DNA of 64,000 nucleotides. Source: Bugula neritina (lineage: Eukaryota; Animalia; Bryozoa). Shown here piece after piece: positions 49,001-64,000 of this stretch. The position numbers and the translations under genes are program-made. The notes under the pieces were generated by a model. It was not told where the DNA came from. It made no database searches and worked only from the letters and a program-made list of their open reading frames with translations. Each line of letters starts with the position of its first letter. Within the stretch, counting starts at the first letter, position 1. The stretch covers positions 14,507,133 to 14,571,132 of the forward strand of contig OZ037771.1 in the NCBI GenBank assembly GCA_964035545.1. The letters run 5' to 3'.

Positions 49001-52000
49001 GTGAATGAGGATTTGGTTGCCGTGGAGATACTGCCACAGAGTGAGTGGAGTTACCCCTCCTCGCTGGTACTTGAAGATAGAGCTCAAGCTGATGATGAGA
49101 ACACAAGCAAAGATGACCTTGTAAGTTTTTAGCGTATCCTATTGAAACTTTTATACTTTTCTGTAGTGTATATTGGTAATATGGGGGTATGCCGTATTAT
49201 ACAATAAGTATACTATCAATCTATATTATACTATGCGTTAGTCTATTGGTTTAAGTACTATCGTGATATATCGTACCTTGATAGTATGTAAGTCTATCAA
49301 GAGTTGTCTGTTTAAAACAAAACTGCAAGCGAAATGTGGACGTTTATTTAGCTTTTGATTCTGCTCAATAGTTATTTGATAAATAACCAGGCGTATGATT
49401 GTCTGCCTCCCCCCCCCCCCCCCGTGACTTTCACTCAACATGTAGAACCTGTACTACTATTTAGAAAGAGGCTAGTGAGGCCCGTCACAAGGAGTTGGCG
49501 AGGCCGTCGGGCAGAGTGGTTGGCATAGTGAAGAGGAACTGGAGACAGTACTGTGGCATGTTGCAGCAGAGTACACTGCGCGAGGTTTGTCTCCTCCTCG
49601 GGGTATCCACGTAATGTACTGTCAGTGTTGTTTGTTGAATGGCATGTTTCACTGCACGTCATGGACTTAGAGTTGGATATTTCATTAAATGATGAGTCTG
49701 TAAATTGTTTGTTTCTCAGACTAACAGACACCTGTTTGTGTCTCTTTCTCAGACTAACAGACACTTGTTCGTACCAGCTGAAAGACGAATCCCTAAGATC
49801 AGGATCGAGACGAGACAAGCCGAGACTCTCTTCGGAAAGCGCATTGTGGTGGTGATTGACTCGTGGCCTAAGAACTCCAAGTACCCACAGGTAAGCGAAG
49901 GATAGTGCACATATAGGGGGTGGATAGTGTGCAGGTAAGGGGTGGGAGGGTGTACAGGTGAGGGGTGGATAGTGTACAGGTAAGGGGTGGATGGTGCACA
50001 TGTAAAGGGTTGATTCTAACTAAAGGTTATATTTAGTCGTTTAGAGAGTATTTTATTCCAGTTTTGTTTATTAGGGACATGTCAATCATTTGTATACTGT
50101 TATTCGAACACAATACATCACTAACACACTCATCAAGCTGTCTTGTATCAAGTTAGGATATTTTATTGATAGTTGTGTGCTGAACAATGGTGACTCATGT
50201 TAAATATAACATAATGTTCCAGTCATAGGTGTTAGTTTTGATGCTTAACTTAAGATTAAGTATTTTAATTTTTCTAAATGATTCACCACACAGTAATCTA
50301 AACTGTTACTTGTGTTACCAATGAGGTCTACTCCTATTCTTTATACTGACTGTGTAGGGCCACTTTGTGAGAGCTCTTGGTGATATCGGAGATAAAGAGA
50401 CAGAGAATGAAGTCTTACTCCTCGAGCATGACATTCCTCACACGGCTTTCTCACAGCGTGTTCTCAATTGTCTTCCCACAGCTGATTGGACGGCCAGGTG
50501 TGTTGTTTATCTTCATAATGCGATTGGTTTTAACCTCATAGATGTTTTAGACTTGAGAGAATTTATAATGAAACTTTAGTGCTATATATTGTATTTTGCT
50601 TTTAATCAAATTGATTTTTCTCGAGTTTAAACTGAAACTTTAGTGTTATATGCTATACTACACTCATTTCTATGTTTTATCCTGCCTATTTTGTGTTATA
50701 CTTCACCTCTTTTTAGTTCGTAATTTGCATATTTTTATGGTATGATCTTTCATTTTTATTGTTGAGTGTTCTTTTGAACGCTGACATTTTGGTCATGGAA
50801 AAGTCATTTTCCACGCGCTTCCTTCTCTCTCCCACAGGCTTGCACTCTGTCTATCTTTCTGTCTCCTCGTGCTAAACCTATTCCTTTACATTATATGGTA
50901 TCTCTTGTGTCATTGGACAGGTGTAATATATAACATCTGCTTTAATATATAACATAACATATACTGTATTATATTATATAACATATTCTGTAGTGAAGAA
51001 GAGATAAGCAAGAGGAAAGACCTGAGAGACGTAACTATATGCAGTGTAGATCCTCCCGGGTGTACAGACATAGACGATGCTTTACATTGCAGAGTTCTAC
51101 CAAATGGAAACTTTGAGGTGTGCATATCATTTCTACAGTATCATCTAATCTATATCTACTACATTCCCTTCTACAGTGATATTCTCTCTACAGTATCATC
51201 TAATCTATATCTACTGCATTCCCTTCTACAGTAATACTCTCTATTCAGTATCTTCTAATCTATGTCTACTATATTCCCTTCTACAGTAATATTCTCTATT
51301 CAGTAGCATCTAATCTATATCTACTACATTCTCTTCTACAGTGCTATTCTTTTCAGTATCATCTAATTTATGACTACTAATGGCTGTCTGCATTGTTAGG
51401 TTGGGGTTCATATTGCTGATGTCACACATTTTGTTAGACCTGGAACTGCGCTGGATTTGGAAGCTGCCAATAGGGGCACGACTGTCTACCTCACTGACCG
51501 GGTGAGCATGTGTTATACCTCGGGCTATTCTCAGTAGAAATGTTATCCTAACTTTCTTTTTATGCTTTTTTATGATTTTGCCGTATGAAGATTTTGAAAG
51601 TAATTCATATAATAAATATAGCTATTACGTTTTTATAAATTAGCAATGGTGTTGCATGTATATATATATTGACACAAAATAAATACTGCGGTATGAAGTT
51701 ATATTTATAAAATATTGAGTAAATGTTTAAATAAAATTTGCACTACTAGTTGCCTCATGGACTAATAAGACACCACCTCCAGTTGCAAGTCCCGAGGTTA
51801 CATTAATTCTCATCTATTCTTTTTGTTCTTGTATTATATTTTATTATATGATATTATATACGGTTATAATTACATAATATTATATGTACTATTTGCCGCT
51901 TTTATAACTTTGTGTTTTCTGTTTAGAGAATTGACATGGTGCCGGAGCTTTTGAGCTCTAATCTCTGTTCACTGAGGTCTAACGTTGAGCGTTTGGCCTT

Positions 52001-55000
52001 CACCTGTATCTGGGAGATAACTCCGGAAACTGAAACTGTGAATGTCCAGTTTACTAAGAGTATTATTAAATCAAAGGTAAGTATAAGTGTCTATTTTATT
52101 AACATTTTTACATCACTACCTACATTATTACATCACTACCTACATTATTGCATTACTACCTACATTATTACATCACTACCTACATTATGACATCACTACC
52201 TACATTATTACATCTCTACCTACATTATTGCATCACTACCTACATTATTACATCTCTACCTACATTATTACATCTCTACCTACATTATTACATCCCCTCC
52301 TACATTATTACATCCCCTCCTACATTATTACATCTCTACCTACATTATTACATCTCTACCTACATTATGACATCACTACCTACATTATTACATTACTAAC
52401 TACATTATTACATCTCTACCTACATTATTGCATCACTACCTACATTATTACATCTCTACCTACATTATTACATCCCCTCCTACATTATTACATCTCTACC
52501 TACATTATTACATCTCTACCTACATTATTACATCTCTACCTACATTATTGCATCACCTCCTACATTATTCTGTTCACTGGATTGGCCCGTCCTGTTTCAG
52601 GCATCTCTCACCTACGCCGAGGCCCAGTCTATCATAGACGATGCCTCTAGGACTGACGACGTCGCTGCCAGTCTCAGACATCTCAACAATTTGGCTAAGA
52701 AATTGAAGGCAAAGAGAATAGAAAAAGGGGCGTTGACGCTGGCGTCCCCTGAAATCAGATTTGAAGTAGACAGTGAAACTCATGACCCAATTCAAGTTCA
52801 GGAAAAGCAACTTCGGTGAGGCTTTGTTTAGCTCTAGGGAATTAGTCTGAGATTATAATGCGAAAGGAATTTCATTGCATTTACTTTCTGGAAAGTTCCT
52901 TCAGTTTATCAATTGGGTTGAGTAGATTTTGAGTCACTGTGACTGTCAGTTGATTGTGAACTGGCTAGTCACTGTAACTAGAGTAACTGTAACTAGTCAC
53001 TATAGCTGTGAACTGGTGAAACAGGTGGACTCACTGAATTAACTGTGGTAGTTTGCATTGATCTCTCTCATAGTTTTACATCTGCTTACAGGGACACCAA
53101 CTCTATGGTTGAAGAGTTCATGTTGCTAGCCAATGTGTCTGTAGCTAAGAAGATCTATGACGAGTTTGCACAGTGCGCTGTGTTACGACGTCACCCCTCC
53201 CCACCTTACTCCAACTTTGATCCTATGCTAGCCGTCTGCAAAGCTTACGTAAGTAGAAGTTGTAAACTCGTAGACCACATAGCTTATTTGTCAACTCATT
53301 TCTAATTGGATTGCTTTTGGTTGATCAGCCAATTAGTTTACTGCTTGGCACTCAATGGTTTAATTTTTTCGTTATTTTATTAAAATAGTTTGGGATAGAT
53401 TACACTGCTTGAGCACTCGAGTATTTGCTTGTTGAGCTATTAGTAGAGTGTGTTATATGTACATGCAGGTCATTTTACTTCATTTAGTGCACTCCCCATA
53501 TCTCTAGTTTTTGGATCTTTTTCACAATGTAGCTGCTAATGTATATGTTTTTTTTGCCTTAAACTAAGAGAATATAAACAAATACAACTAAATAGTTAAA
53601 GTTTTTTCCAATTTTGCTTGACTTTTTATATGTTTCCTCATTTTTTAGTGAATTGGAAGTGCTTGGCAGTCAATGGCATCTTCCCTTCATTATTTTATTA
53701 AAATAGTTTATGCTGGATTACACTGCATGAGCTTTTGAGTACAGAGTATTCCTTTTGGAGCTATTCATATAAAATTTTATATGTAATCCAGCTGCTGTGT
53801 ATATTGCCACGTGTTATCATGAGTATCAATGACTGGTAGGGGATAGAAATGGATGTATCAAGTAACAAGACCTTGGCCACGTCCCTCGAGAATGCCGTGG
53901 TTTCTGGGAATGATTACTTCAACACGATGTTACGGATCCTCACGACGCGGTGTATGATGCAGGCTAAGTACTTCACCAGTGGTATGATGCCTGAGAACGA
54001 TTTCTATCACTACGGCCTGGCCATGAACATCTACACTCACTTTACTTCTCCCATACGAAGGTGGGAGTTGTGTTTCCAAGTGACGTAGTCTAGGCTCTTT
54101 ATTAGATAATATACCGGACTCCTTATATAATAATTAATATTTGGAATATAATTCCGATACTTTGTACAAATGTCGTTAAAAGTGTATAATATTTTGTTAT
54201 CTTGACATTTTATTTAGATGGTTTGTTTTCTTTTTTATAACAAAAGTTTTTTGTTATTTTCACATCAATTCTTCTGTAACTTGTGCAGATATGCCGATGT
54301 ACTGGTCCACAGGCTACTGGCTGTATCTATTGGGGCGGACGCTTCATACCCCGACCTCCTAGACAAGAATAAGACTCAGGTAAAATATGCCAATATATAT
54401 AATAGTCAGTCAGTCTGTTAGAGTCACTTCTCAGTCTTATATCTGAGTATGTGATTTAGTAAGCCTTAGCTGCTGCCTGACTATGTCTCGACTGATGACC
54501 TTGAATGTAAATAATGTGTTTATGGAATTTGTTGTGTAAGTATTTGGTCTCTAGGAGTGACTTGGCATTGATGTTATATTGAGTCACTTTAACCAACATG
54601 TTGGGGTTATTTGCTCCTTTCAGAATTAGCTTTTGGTTGTTTTTATTAAATGCAATGGCCAAGAATGAACATATCACCGTGTATAATTTGTGTGGTGCTG
54701 AGGCTAAACTATGATGTAAGAATATAAAACAAATGAAAGTTATATATAACAATAATTTATATTCTTCAATGTTACATTAACATTTTCAAATCTACTTACA
54801 TTAGTTCACTACTAAAATGGTAGTAGTGATTCATATTATGTATCTCTATAACCTCACAGTGAACTTCACCTCACAGTAACCTTTACCTCACAGTGACCTT
54901 CACCTTACAGTAACCTTAACCTTACATACTCTCTGCAGGCAATATGTAACAACCTCAACCACAGACATGTCATGGCACAGTACGCATCTCGAGCATCTGT

Positions 55001-55902
55001 TGGACTTCATACGCAGCTCTTCTTTCGAGCTCGGAATCTTCTGGAACAGGGGTATATACTCACAGTCCGTAAGAATGCTTTGCAAGGTACGTTCAGTATT
55101 TACTGTACACAGCGATCTATGTCATGTACTTACTGTTAGTATGAAACAACTGCAAGGTATGTTATGTATTGGGTATAACTTGTGTTAACTTATTGTAGTT
55201 CTGATCCCTAAATACGGACTAGAAGGAACTCTCTACCTGGACTCTGGCAATATCAAGTCTACCTACGACGAAGAGGTAAACTGTAGTGTGTTATACTCTC
55301 TGGTTGTAGGCGTGACTAGTGAGTGGTGACAGTGTTATATGTTATACTCTCTGGTTGTAGGGGTGTCTAGTGACGTGTAGGCGTGTTATATATTATACTC
55401 TCTAATTGTACGCAGACAGCGTTATATGTTATATACTCTCTGGTTGTACACAGACAGTGTTATATGTTATACTCTCTGGTTGTAGGCGTGTACGCAGACA
55501 GTCTCTGGCCACACCTTCCACATATTTGATCCGGTGACGGTTAAAGTTAGTCTAGACAGCACCAACATTCAGCATCAGAAACTAAAAATAGATTTAGTGG
55601 AGCCGCAGGTAGGCCTCTGTTGTTACGTCGTCTGAGAAGTTGCTATGGTTGATGGTTTAGAATGGGAGGAGATTGTTTCAATCATATAAACTTATCTGGG
55701 TAGTTGCGTTAGAATATGTAGTTGTAGGCTGCTCGGGTGTGAAATGACAACTCCAAGTCTATTGTAGGTTTAGCTTTTTTAAAACAGATTTGATAATGAT
55801 TTAATATTACAGGTGGAAGGCTTGAGTATAAGGGAAGATAACTCTGCAGAAACTACCAATGATAAGAAAACTCCTCGTAAAAAATTGAAAACCAAGAAAT
55901 GA
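46032..55902 (+). CDS. DIS3: Exosome complex exonuclease RRP44/DIS3
   Basis: Exons 46032-46328, 46932-47089, 47375-47568, 48177-48253, 48423-48591, 48978-49120, 49465-49584, 49753(or 49720)-49890, 50358-50497, 50994-51117, 51400-51501, 51927-52076, 52601-52815, 53092-53248, 53840-54060, 54289-54379, 54939-55086, 55199-55275, 55486-55608, 55813-55902. N-terminus [29 protein letters not shown]; PIN motifs [20 protein letters not shown]; RNB motifs [33 protein letters not shown]; basic C-terminal NLS. Confidence 0.97.
47586..48135. repeat. Low-complexity CTA/TAG repeat forming a foldback, with a perfect 74-bp palindrome at 47701-47774
   Basis: Arms pair base-for-base around the 47737/47738 axis; outer arms TAGGCAGAGTATATAGTATTACTAG / CTAGTAATACTATATACTCTGCCTA. 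Confidence 0.9.
52106..52570. repeat. 20-bp minisatellite TACATTATTACATC(A/T)CTACC, ~23 copies
   Basis: Directly visible in DIS3 intron 12. Confidence 0.96.
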
Positions 55903-56261
55903 TGTGCAAGTAACCAGTATATGTATATAACTGTAAATGACTGAAAAATTGCTCTATATTCATGTAACATTTCAGTAGTTGGAACGTCAAGTTATCTCAA
56001 TAAATTTTAAATATAACTACAAGTTATTTTATGATATTGTAGTAGTGCTGATCATTGGAACATTGTTGGATATTATAAAGGTCACTGCATATACCTATTT
56101 TACTAAACTGTATACGTGCCTGTGTAGATAACATACTTGAATATTCTGTGAACATATAACAGTGTATTATATGGAAGAAATGAAACAAATAAAAATTACA
56201 TGACTGAAAAAGAAACTTGTTTGTTTCCTGTTTGAAAGTCATTGTCACAATATATCGAGTC

Positions 56262-58778
56262 TTAGAGCTCAGTCTTTTTGTTACTTAACCTCGGGCCCTT
56301 CTTTTTCCCTTTCTTTGATTTCTTCATTTCCTCTTTGACCAGTTGACTTAGCTACAAATGAATATATACATACCAAAATGGCCACTTCATATTAAATGGT
56401 TACCACGTGGATAGAACTATTAATATGCTACTAGGTGATTTAGAGTCAAATCAGCTACTAATAATCTGTTTTATGATGGAACAGTGGAATACCTTGATTT
56501 CTGCTTCTTCTTGGAAAGGGTTTTGATAATCATCTCCCCTGTCTACTATATTCAATTCTTGAGATGCCTTGACAACAAAACAAACAGCAATACAATACAT
56601 TATAATAGTATACTGGGTATGCTACGATCTATCAGAACATAAGAGAGACCCTCTGATTGGCTAACGGACAGTAAAGCTCTGCCCTCCATTATATAATATA
56701 TCTTACTGTATTATAATTTTTGACATCTTATTTCAAGTCGGTCAAATTCAAAAGCATCAAATTACACAGTTCTCTGGCAGCGGCTGTAGGTCAGCACTGC
56801 ATCACTGACAGCAGAATAAATTAATCTGTAAGTTTAAAGAAAGAGTAACTTTAGTACCTTTGTCCTCCTTATGCTATATATAAATTGCAGACGACTACAG
56901 TTTGGAGTTATCCCCTCAGAACAGTTGAAATATTCACTCACCAAGTGCAACGTCTGCTCGGCTGACGTGCCGTCTGTTATATTAGCTTTAGTGACAAAAT
57001 CAAAGCACCACTTAATGAGTTGCTGAGTTGTCTTCTTTCCATCATACTGTCTGTGAATGAACGTGGGAAATCTCAAGGCGAGATCTCCATATAGTAGAGT
57101 GTTCTGAATCAATTTCGACAAATCTGAAAATGTATATAAATGCTGTTGGTGAACTAGTTTGCCAAATTCATTATATGTATTATATTTCAAAAGTAAACGT
57201 AATAACATAACCCAGAAAAAGTAATTGAATATTCTTGTGATGATTAAATGTTTTGTAATAAGCCAAAAATTGTAAAACAAAATTGGTGAACCAGTTTTCT
57301 TTCTTTTCTTTTCTCAGCTGTTTGAAATAGTTATACCATGACTTATTTGATAAAACTGCACTTCGTTTCATCACCAGATACTAAATGTACTTTGTATCAA
57401 AATGTTGTGCACCAGGAAAATAGATTTAATAGTTTAAAATGCTGCCCTATAAATAAATTTCATGCTATAAGTGGTATTGAAATGTCTGGGAAATACTTTC
57501 TGTTCTTTTCAACATCCAATATACTTTTACAAGGTCCAAATAAAGTACTATATAAAAGAGACTTTCAACTAGTGAATTTACTTACGATCTCGTTGATCTT
57601 CATCTTCTGGAAACTGCCCGCCTGCAACGACTTCTGCTTCAACAAGTTTGAGCTTAGAATCTCGCAACACCTGTAAATGTTTGAATATGTTTACACAAAA
57701 CAACTTTCAAAGTTCAACTGTCATAACCCATACATACCATTGACTATTTTCACCTAAAACTATGACAACAAAAAATTGAAAATCTAAAGAAGAAATTTCA
57801 CTAGCTAATATTTTATATTCCTCTTATCTAAAATTGTATAAATTCTAACTGATGTGACCAATAACAAGACTAACAAAATTCAACGATTTCAACATACTTC
57901 TACGATTTTCCTGTTGATAATGTTCAACATGTCATACTGTTTCTCTAACTGAGTAATAGAGAGAATATGCTTTATGACTTCCATGTGTGCCTTTCTCTGT
58001 GTCTCTAAAAGTACTCTATCTACACACAACAGTTGTAGTTGAGGAAAACAAAACTGTGCAACACTCCTATGCTAATTCGTGCTGTGAAAGGCATGCTCTT
58101 TTCATTATAGTAAAACTGTAACGTTATTCAACAAAATAAATAATTCAATCTTTTCCAGCATTCTCTACGAATAATTTTGTGAATTCCACACTACACTTGT
58201 AAAATGTATGAACAAAATTAAAAACTTCTAAGAACTTAGGTTATAAAAACACCAAGTCTGATAAAATATGTTTAGCCAGCTGCATCATAGTTTACAAAAC
58301 ATTTCCAAGCTTCAAACCTGAAAAACCGATTATAAAAATGTTCTATAGAATATTTCACATTTAGATGTGTGGAACAAAACACAATCTACTGCATGTAGCT
58401 ACCAGTTTTATATTGCATATCACAGGTCAAGTATATTATATCTAGTTACACATAAAAATTAGAGTGACCAGTAAACTTATTAAACTGAAAGTTATTAAAT
58501 AATCTGCACAAAAAGTAAAGGATACATGCTTCCCAAGAGTTCGTAGATTTAATTTCTCCTGTGATATCCTGATGTTTATCTTTATTGCCAGCTGATTCAG
58601 AGCTCTTTTGAGTCGATTGACTACTGACCAAACTGATAGAAAACTGATTCCCCAACAGAAGTAAAATAGTTGCAGCATACAGACCTACTTTACTAAAGTT
58701 ACTTATATTTATAACTCGAAGTAAATCGAATAAACCGGGAAGCCGACAACGTGAGAAGTAACTCATTGTGATTGTCAT
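56262..58778 (-). CDS. CCDC134: Coiled-coil domain-containing protein 134 (ER-resident)
   Basis: Exons 58778(or 58766)-58526, 58019-57898, 57670-57586, 57123-56942, 56567-56493, 56351-56262. Hydrophobic signal-like segment, motifs VLRDS...FPEDE, NTLLYGDLALRFP, SQELNI...YQNPF, KKGPRL, and C-terminal KTEL (ER-retrieval-like). Confidence 0.9.
58020..58525 (-). other. U12-type (minor spliceosome) GT-AG intron, CCDC134 intron 1
   Basis: 5' site GTATCCTTT; branch-like TTTTCCTCAAC (58048-58038) ~18 nt from the AG; joining restores WEAYRVLLE. Confidence 0.85.
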
Positions 58779-59959
58779 AATGATTATGGTAATCTGTTAT
58801 CAGAAAACTATATAGTTTTTTTCAGGGAATGCTATGATTTTCAACCCAGAATCTTATAAATAATGATTACTGATGGACTTCAATATGCTGTGATCGGCAG
58901 GTCTATAGGTTGTACTAGCACGGACAATGGGATCGTTAATTTAAATTCCAAGCATAGAACCAAAATATAACAGTAATGACGGAGATATTCGTAGCGAATA
59001 GCCACAGTCACTATCACAGTGACAATGACAAAGTTAATTAATATGAAGCTACAAGCGTTATTACTTAAAAGAGCTCTGAAGTGAATTCAACCAGATGTAC
59101 TTAGTCTCATGATGTAGATGTGGATAGGTTTCGACTTTAGTACTTCTATTCAACCCCAGAACTATAGTTATAGGCACAGCAAAGCCAAAGGTATGGGTAA
59201 GATTTAGACTAGCGTCAAGACCCAGTGTTAAATGAAGTTTGAAGCTTTGCTCTTGTTTTTGAGAGCTTTTGTGTTATACTTATAGTTCTAATTTTAGTAA
59301 TAGTCCTTTTGCAATCTTTATTTTACAAAACTCGAACTTAGCTTGACCAGTTGACTTCAATTGCAAGTTCACGGAGAATGAGTGTCACTGTCGGAGTAAG
59401 CACTAAATGAGTTCTTCAGTCGAGTCAGACTCAGTATGAGTATCACACTCACTGCTTTTAAATTAAAATTGTAGTTATTCAGCGAGACCTTCACCTAAAA
59501 CTAAAAGTTGAGAAACTGTACAAATATTCAAAGCAACCTATCAATCACTTGGCAAGATGAAGATTAATATTTTTCGTGTCTGTGTTGCATCAATAAACAG
59601 CATAAGTATCGGTTACTACTACTAGTGCACTTTTTGATTTACTTTGCAGAATTTGCTAATTTCAACAAAACACTACATTTGATTCGCTAATTTAGCTGAT
59701 CATGTTTTATAAACGCATGGTAACGAGTCGTTTGCTAATTTCATCGTTAACCAATGCTTGTAAATGTTGGAACCATACTGTAAGTGGCAAAACTTGATTC
59801 GACCAACTACAAAAGCAGTTTTTGAGTTCTCCAATTAGATACAAATATATAATGATTTCTGACTACAATGCTAATACTACCATCGCTATCCCATATATTT
59901 AACCGCAATATATAACGCCGCGTTTTAGTTTTATTCTGCGAGGCGACCACGCGTGCAGA

Positions 59960-59972
59960 GTTGCTAGGTAAC
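59960..59972. promoter_or_regulatory. RFX X-box GTTGCTAGGTAAC in the CFAP97D2 promoter
   Basis: Consensus match ~125 bp upstream of the ATG of a cilia/flagella-family gene. Confidence 0.65.
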
Positions 59973-60094
59973 CAACCTACTAATCAGAATAGGCAGTGAT
60001 TTAGTTAGACACTTCCTCTGGTGAAGTTAGCAACCCCTTTTTGCAATTAGCTCTTATCTTTTATAGCTTTAAACAGAAGTTAAACTTGTTTGCA

Positions 60095-63679
<3,585 letters not shown>

Positions 63680-64000
63680 ACTAAGTTCCTGTGTTATTAA
63701 CCCTCCCCCCCCCACCGTAAACTACTGAGAAGCTAATCAAGATACATAAGAAAATAAACTATTTTATGATGTATGTTCTATCATAACGTATATCGTGGAA
63801 TATTCATACTGTAATGTGTAGCTCTACGTAGCTGCTTTTATTTTATGACTATATTGCTCAAAGACAACCAAAATTCTATGTTATAAGTGCCTTATGTATT
63901 AATCCATCTTAGCGTTGTATGTTTGGTCATATAATTTTTGGAAAAAACCTTCCCAATATTTTGAAATTTTGTAACTTTTAAATATTATTCTAGTGAACTA

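Overview
Compact, AT-rich eukaryotic (invertebrate animal, probably lophotrochozoan) genomic window with eight spliced protein-coding genes reconstructed by hand from GT-AG junctions. In order: myosin essential light chain (+, ATG exon upstream of the window); an uncharacterised coiled-coil/2xEF-hand/CaaX protein (+); LRRC63-like (-); ECSIT (+); THOC2 (-); DIS3 (+); CCDC134 (-); CFAP97D2 (+). The last six form three head-to-head pairs, and the pairs are joined tail-to-tail. Non-coding DNA holds three copies of a tRNA-Thr-derived SINE, long microsatellites and many minisatellites. The most unusual observations are: (1) tracts of 'drifting' 6-bp-periodic sequence on both flanks of all three divergent promoters; (2) a 25-bp minisatellite built from the same RFX X-box 13-mer found in the CFAP97D2 promoter; (3) many intronic tandem repeats that copy the adjacent splice junction, including a ~385-bp array of GTAAGT/GTGAGT motifs; (4) a putatively farnesylated, X-box-associated Ca2+ sensor. 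All coordinates and family assignments come from manual reading and recall; no searches were run.
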